DNA of 64,000 nt from Octopus vulgaris (taxonomy: Eukaryota), in contig OX597825.1 of assembly GCA_951406725.2 (NCBI GenBank), positions 23,994,001 through 24,058,000 of the forward strand. The letters are read 5' to 3'. The position numbers and the translations under genes were made by a program. Positions 57,138-64,000 of the stretch are shown one piece after another; position 1 is the first letter of the stretch; each line of letters begins with the position of its first letter. Under the pieces are notes generated by a model, which was not told where the DNA came from, ran no database searches, and worked only from the letters and a program-made list of their open reading frames with translations.

Positions 57138-57747
57138 CTATATATATATATATATATATATATCATTGTAAATATATTATGTATTTTCATTGGAATGTAC
57201 TTCGGACTTGTTTCCATCGATTTAAACATAATATAAAGAAATAAACAAACACATTTGTATTGATATGAATTAAGTACATTACCTATATCACGTCGTTATG
57301 CTGAGAAAGTATTGAACTCTATATTCAAATGCGTTGGATTCTTTCATCAATAGTGTTGTCTTAAAGTGGCTGCTGAATTAGTTGAGGTTGCTATACAATT
57401 GTTGCAGAATAGATTTATTTGGCAATACGATTGCAGAACGACAAAGAAAATCGCTCTCACTGGAAATGGGGGTACGACTGAATATCACCTGCTCTCATTA
57501 ATATTTCTTATGGAAGATTGTATTTTAATGGAACATACATTTATTAAACTCCGATAAGATTGGCTTTTTCTAGCTGCACATGGGGCCTATTTTCAAGCAC
57601 ATGACTGAGAGCCAGCGAGGATTGAATTAATTGAACATTAATGCAAAGAAAAACGGATTCTTCATCTGATATTCTGACACTCGATCAACTCTCTTTCAAA
57701 TGTGATGCATTTGAGGTGTAAATAATGTATAATACCTTAATATTAGA

Positions 57748-57850
<103 letters not shown>

Positions 57851-59224
57851 CTCTCTCTCTCTATCTATCTATTTATCTATCTATCTGACACACGTCTGCT
57901 TTCCCTCTTTCTCTCTCTTTATCGTTATCCTCATCTTCAGTAGCACTATGTTAAATTACCTCCATTAAAATGAAGTACTTCAAATCAGAATCTCTTGATT
58001 CTACGACATCTGAGTATCGGAGCCTGGTCACGTATTAGGGCTCTCTCAAAGCTGACAATTTTCTCGTATACATCAAATTTTACTTAATTAATCAGTATAA
58101 ATGTTGTCCGTGAGAAATAATACCTAATACTACTGTAATATGGTCGTAAGCTTTCATTGGCTTCGTTTCCACTCTACCTTTCATATAGTTTTTAGTAGTT
58201 TCAATTTATACAACGCATAAGAACATTTCAAGTCGCTTTACATTTATGATAGTCTATATCAAGATCAATCAACGCAGAATTAAGAACAAAGTCCGATGAA
58301 TTTATATATGGCTTCAGTTACGTGATACGGCTATCATTAGATGAACTGGTAACTAGAAAACTGAGCACGATGCAAGAAAGTGTAGCTCTGCTTTCATTAT
58401 CAATTCAATTTATCAACCTAGTTCAAATACCGACATTAGTTTCCTTTGATGATGCTATAGCTATAGATTAAAATGGCCTTTACCAATTTCTTTGTTTCTT
58501 TTCACTCGAACGTACGTGCACACACTCACTCTCTCTTTCTTACACCTTTGCTTTTACTTCTCTCCTTTATATTTCTCTCTCTCTTTCTTTCTTTCTTTCT
58601 GGTCCTACGTGTCGTTCGTGTATATATGGTTTGTGTGTGTGTATTTATGTGCGTGTGTGTATGTGTTTGGGATTTCGAGTATGAGAGCCTAAGTGTATCT
58701 AGGAGCGATTTCTCTGTCGTCCCTGCTGCTCTATCAATTTCAGATTTCCATATCGTATGACATTAATCTTATCAAAATGAAATATGTCAAGATATTTGTA
58801 AGTCTATCACCGAAGAAATATGCGTCAGAATCATTGCAATAAATCCTAATGACTAGGGCGAAATGTAAAACGCTTTCAGAAGAGAATTCGTTTACTTTCA
58901 TTACACCTCTGCTACTCGACATGAGACCTTTAATGAAACCTTCGGAGCAAATGAACAAATTACACGTTACGCGAAAGTGAAAGGTATCGCGTTCATTATG
59001 TTTAAGAAGAGGAAGGACCAGCATTTACAAGCTTTATTGAAAATTCCGAAACTACTGGGAAAAGGAGAAACGAACTATGTGACAATGGTTATTGTAGTAA
59101 GAAGCAGTGTGTCAGCATATAGAGCTGTCTCCATCTCGAAGATATGGTTCGAATACTTGCAACGGAGCGGTTGTCGCTGACGATACCTAAGACTCAAAGT
59201 AGATATTTAATCGCGGACAGATTT

Positions 59225-59363
59225 ATAATAAATCGTATGTTATCCATCAGTACGTGGTGACACAATCAATGTTTTCCCCAGTTGCGGTAGTTGCAGGACG
59301 TCCAAACCTTAGATCATCTCCAAGACTCGAGCTTCCCCTTCTGAATTCGATGCCCATTTTTGC
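59225..59363 (-). mobile_element. Mariner transposase N-terminal fragment
   Basis: KWA/EFRRGSSSLGDDLRFGRPATTATGENIDCV matches the mariner W..F..G..SLEDDPRSGRP motif. Confidence 0.7.
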
Positions 59364-60455
59364 ATCCTTTTTCTTGTCTGTGCCAAATAACAGTATTCTA
59401 CTTGTTATGTTTACGCTTGATAGATGATTTGGATCTTTATCTTTTAACCGACAGATTAAAAAAATATTTTTTTATAACTGAACACGTTCAAACTTCGTAT
59501 ATTTGTAGAATGTGTCACATAAAACATCTTTTGCTCTTGGCGTTGTTGAGAAAATTCTGTATTTTGGAAGTTATTTTTTGTTAAAGTTGTCGTATTTCGG
59601 TAATTTCAACCAATCAATGACGTAATTTTAAAATTACTGCTGTTGTTTGTCAACAACAACCTCCGGCTGTGTATATTTCCTTTGCCACTGTTATTTATGA
59701 CATATTTAATCTCAGTTACGTTTGTATGAATAAATGAGTGTATTTGAAACATGTTTACTTCATGGCCCCACCATAATCGTTCGTGCTTCATTTTTTCATT
59801 CTTTTCCGTAACTCTAACCCTAAAACCCTAACCTTAACCCTAACTCTAAAACCCTAACCCTAACCTTAAAACCCTAACCCTAACCCTTAAACCTTAAAGC
59901 TAAAACCAGTACAAACGCACGAACGATGTCATAAATAACTTTGAAAAACGAAATATACGCCGCCGATTGTTGTTGTTGACAAACAACGGCAGTAATTTTA
60001 TTCAGCTGAATATACATCACTGATTGGTTGAAATTACCGAAATACGACAACTTTAACAAGAAATAACTTCCAAAATACAGAATTTTCTCAACAACGCCAA
60101 GAGTACTGGATGTTTTATGTGACACATTCTACAAGTATACGAAGTTTGAACGTGTTTAGTTACAAAAAATTATTTTTTAAATCTGTCAGTCAAAATGTAA
60201 AGATCCGATGATTTGATGGGAATGTCCCACCAGTATTCCTTTGGTTGATGTTTATGAATGTATCCAGTAACAGGGAGACTCCTTAGATTTATTCCAGGAC
60301 AGGTTTTTTTCCGAATGGCATTGTTTTTACGACAACGTCATGTCGTATAGGGAGATGATACATTGATGACATTTTTGAGCAGCTGCCAATCACATGCGTG
60401 ATGTCTTCCACAGAAATGTGACGCAATTTACATTTTCGGATGCATCATGGAGCCC
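59364..60455 (-). mobile_element. R4/Dong-like RLE LINE fragment split by a MITE
   Basis: KCKLRHISVEDITHVIGSCSKMSSMYHLPIRHDVV (degenerate CCHC knuckle plus RHD) and EYWWDIPIKSS|IKRKHNK*NTVIWHRQEK read in frame once the MITE and one TSD copy are removed. Confidence 0.75.
59431..60206. mobile_element. Merlin-like MITE with TIRs of about 270 bp and internal telomere-like repeats
   Basis: Ends GGATCTTTA...TAAAGATCC; exact 8-bp TSD GATGATTT (59423-59430 and 60207-60214); (TAACCC)-like array at about 59808-59897. Confidence 0.85.
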
Positions 60456-60782
60456 CAAACGCTTCACTGTTCCTTTGTTTATTGTGTATACATATGTATG
60501 TATGTATGTGTGTATGTATACATGTATGTATTTGTGTATGTATGTATATAATTTTGCGTTTCTCTGTTTAAATCACGGTTATAGATGCCTATTTTCAACT
60601 GAGACGTTTTTCAAATATGCCGCGGCTTCTCTCATCACCCGTAGACCAGTTTGGTTCCCAGTCCACTGCAGGCCACATAGAACATAGCACATGTATCTAC
60701 AAGCTTTTATTCAAAATTTAATCGGACAATATATTCTATACGCATATGAATCTCGTTAATTTCTACATGTACTTCACATGTG

Positions 60783-61389
<607 letters not shown>

Positions 61390-62343
61390 GTGTGTATTTG
61401 TGGTGAGTGTGTGTATGTATGAGTATGTGTTTGCGTAAATGTACCCACTGTTGTTTTAAGCAGAGATGTTTAGATTCGAATTTTTGTGCAAACATGTAAA
61501 TAGATATATGTCTGTATTTATTTGTTTAGTTTCGTTTAATCTTTCCTTCTTTTCTATTCATTGGGTAACATTTAAAACGGTATAAGAAGTTTCTTTTATG
61601 TTTTATGTTCCAATGTTTTATACGTTCTCGTTTTTTTTAAGACATCAAACGGTTATTTAATTTAACATAAACACATGAAAAAAGTGTCTCGAGTATATTT
61701 AAAAATATAATCTAAGCGTTGACATTCTGAGATGCAATTACTCACTAGCCATGAATGCTAGTAGTTCTTAAAGATATACTGATATGTCAATTTGAAAAAT
61801 TGCCTGTCCTAACGTAAGCGCACACATATATATGCATAAACTTATATGTGCGTGTGTGTGTGTATCATAACGAATGCGTCTATACCCAATGCAAAACCAA
61901 AAGCGAAATATTCAGTTGTCATTAACTGTGACTGACGGTACGTGACACCGACATTGCTAGAAATATGAGTTAAAATAAAAACCTTAGCTGCAATGAAGCA
62001 CTGTTCCATATACTGACAGGGGAGATAACTACCCCACAGCGAGCGAGATCACTACACTAGTCTAGTTTCGCTTAAAATTAAAACTCGTCAGAGGTGACTA
62101 CTCTATCGCTGGATGGTTTGACTAAATCCCGACTGTCAGTATATAATATTTACCGTATGAATCTATGACTGATTCACAAAAATGGTAATGTGAAAATTAC
62201 AAAACTAACAAAAGCGGCTATACAAAATATATATGTACAAGCATATACACATTTATATATATTGGCAAATAAATTTACCTTTACATGGAGCATAAAAATA
62301 CTGAAGTGTAAGGAAAGAATGCATAGTTTTTAATTTAACTCGA

Positions 62344-63397
62344 CAGAGCAACCTCGGTTCTCGACCATAATTTGTTCTAAAAGCGAATTGTTCGAGAACC
62401 GACATTGTTTCCCCTTACAATTCATGTGAAAGAGATTAATTTGTTTCCAAGCACCAGATGAATGCTTATTTACATGCTTACAGTATATATTTTAGTATAA
62501 AAATGTTTATTCAAACTGTAAATAGCACACAAAAGTGTGTTATTTCTTAGAACGGGAGTTCCCTTCCATAAAAATTTCTGGCAAGTGTCTTTCCGGGGCC
62601 CTATTCTGTCTCTTTGACTCAGCTAAATCTTTTTCTGGGGTTACTTTTCTTTTTTCTTTCAGTAAAAACCTGTTCAATGTTAGTTATTTATGTCTGCGTT
62701 GTAAAATGTTTTCTAAAATGAGACATGACATTATTATTGAAAAGGTTTACTGCTCTATTTGCTAGCACTGTTTGAGGGTTATATTTTCCCACAAAACTTT
62801 GCACATCACTCCATTTAACACAAATTTCTTTGATTAAAGAATTTGGGACATCCTCCTTTCCTTCCTCCTCCTCGGAAGACATTTTCACAGCCAAAGTATT
62901 TTGCTGTTCATTTTGAAGGTATTACAAGCTCTTCGATGGTAAGCTCAATATCTTCATGTCGACATCCAAGCCCATAGTTTTTTCCCATAGTGACAATATC
63001 ATCAACAATAGCAATTTCCTCGACAACATCAGTAGTTGTAGCTGTGTCAAACCCTCTCATAGTCTCGTTCTGGTACACAATCTGGCCAAAGTTTCCTCCT
63101 CACTGAATTCATGGTTCTGTAACTCATTTGGTTCCATGCATTATCTATAAGATTAACACAATTCAGGAATATCGAAGTGATTTTCCAAAATTCTCTGAGA
63201 ATTAACTGAGTGTCATTAGTGACTTGAAAACGCTTTCGAAACAGGGCTTTTATGTAAAGTTTCTTAGTTTTGCAATGACCTGTTTTTCCATTGGTTGTAA
63301 TAGAGGAGTTGTGTTATGTGGCAGGTATTTGACCTGAATAAAATCAAACTCTTCAAGTAGGATATCCTCCAAACCTGGAGGGTGAACGGAGGCATTT
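62344..63397 (-). mobile_element. Tigger/pogo DNA transposon, degenerate 3' part
   Basis: NASVHPPGLEDILLEEFDFIQVKYLPHNTTPLLQPME (DNAPxH and LPPNTT...QPMD motifs), LREFWKNHFDI, KLWPDCV, KTMGLD; TIR-like CAGAGCAACCTCGGTTCTCG at 62344. Confidence 0.85.
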
Positions 63398-63486
63398 TAA
63401 AAACTTTTATCAGTGGCCTGCATATAAAATTAGACCTATTAAGGTGAAATCATATATATGATTACAATTAAGGGCATAGAAATATT

Positions 63487-64000
63487 CCAGCCTATATGCT
63501 GAAAATAGATACTAAATCGTCCAACAACTTTAAAAGCCATCACAAAGTTATACACGTTTTAAAACCTAAGGCGCAAGCTAGCGGAAAATTCATAACAATA
63601 TTGATAGCTCTGGATTGATCAATTTCTGAATTTGCCCAAATGCTTTTCCTCGTCAGCAGAGCACACTTAAAGGAAATAAATGAGATATTCATACATACCC
63701 ACAGGAAAGCAAACGCAAAGCTATTACTACATATAAATACCACAGATTCATCCAACATTGAATTTCGTAGCTTACCTCTTCACATGTGTATCTGATCATT
63801 GTAGCACGTAAGTGATTATACCGTCCCGAAGTCAATAAAAAATTTTCATTTATAATAATCAAGGATAAAATTTTTATATTCAAATTTTATAAGTAGTCAG
63901 TATATAAAAATTCTAGCTTATATGCTGAAAATTCTAGCCTATATGCTGAAAATCTAGGAAGCAAGCTACGGAAAATTCATAACAATATAGATAGCTTTGG
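63487..64000. repeat. Local direct repeats running off the window end
   Basis: GCCTATATGCTGAAAAT at about 63490, 63916 and 63937; GCAAGCTA(G)CGGAAAATTCATAACAATA at about 63573 and 63961. Confidence 0.6.

Overview
AT-rich, repeat-saturated eukaryotic DNA, most likely from an Octopus genome (inferred from the abundant tRNA-derived SINE families, extreme microsatellite load and mollusc-type LINE remnants). I can support no host protein-coding exon. Nearly all listed ORFs are microsatellite or SINE read-throughs. The window holds at least four tRNA-SINE families; fragments of CR1, HERO, RTE and R4/Dong LINEs; five Helitron-type elements, one carrying a RepHel N-terminal remnant; a Merlin-like MITE with internal telomeric repeats; a hAT MITE; and Tigger and mariner remnants. 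The most notable signals are (1) about ten minimal type-I hammerhead-ribozyme-like motifs, mostly in short elements embedded in (TA)n tracts, with stem-I covariation and an unusual core variant; (2) a SINE whose tail is repeatedly joined at a fixed site inside relatives of its own family; and (3) several fold-back or inverted duplications. All calls are by eye, family names are recalled rather than searched, and coordinates of diverged copies are approximate.
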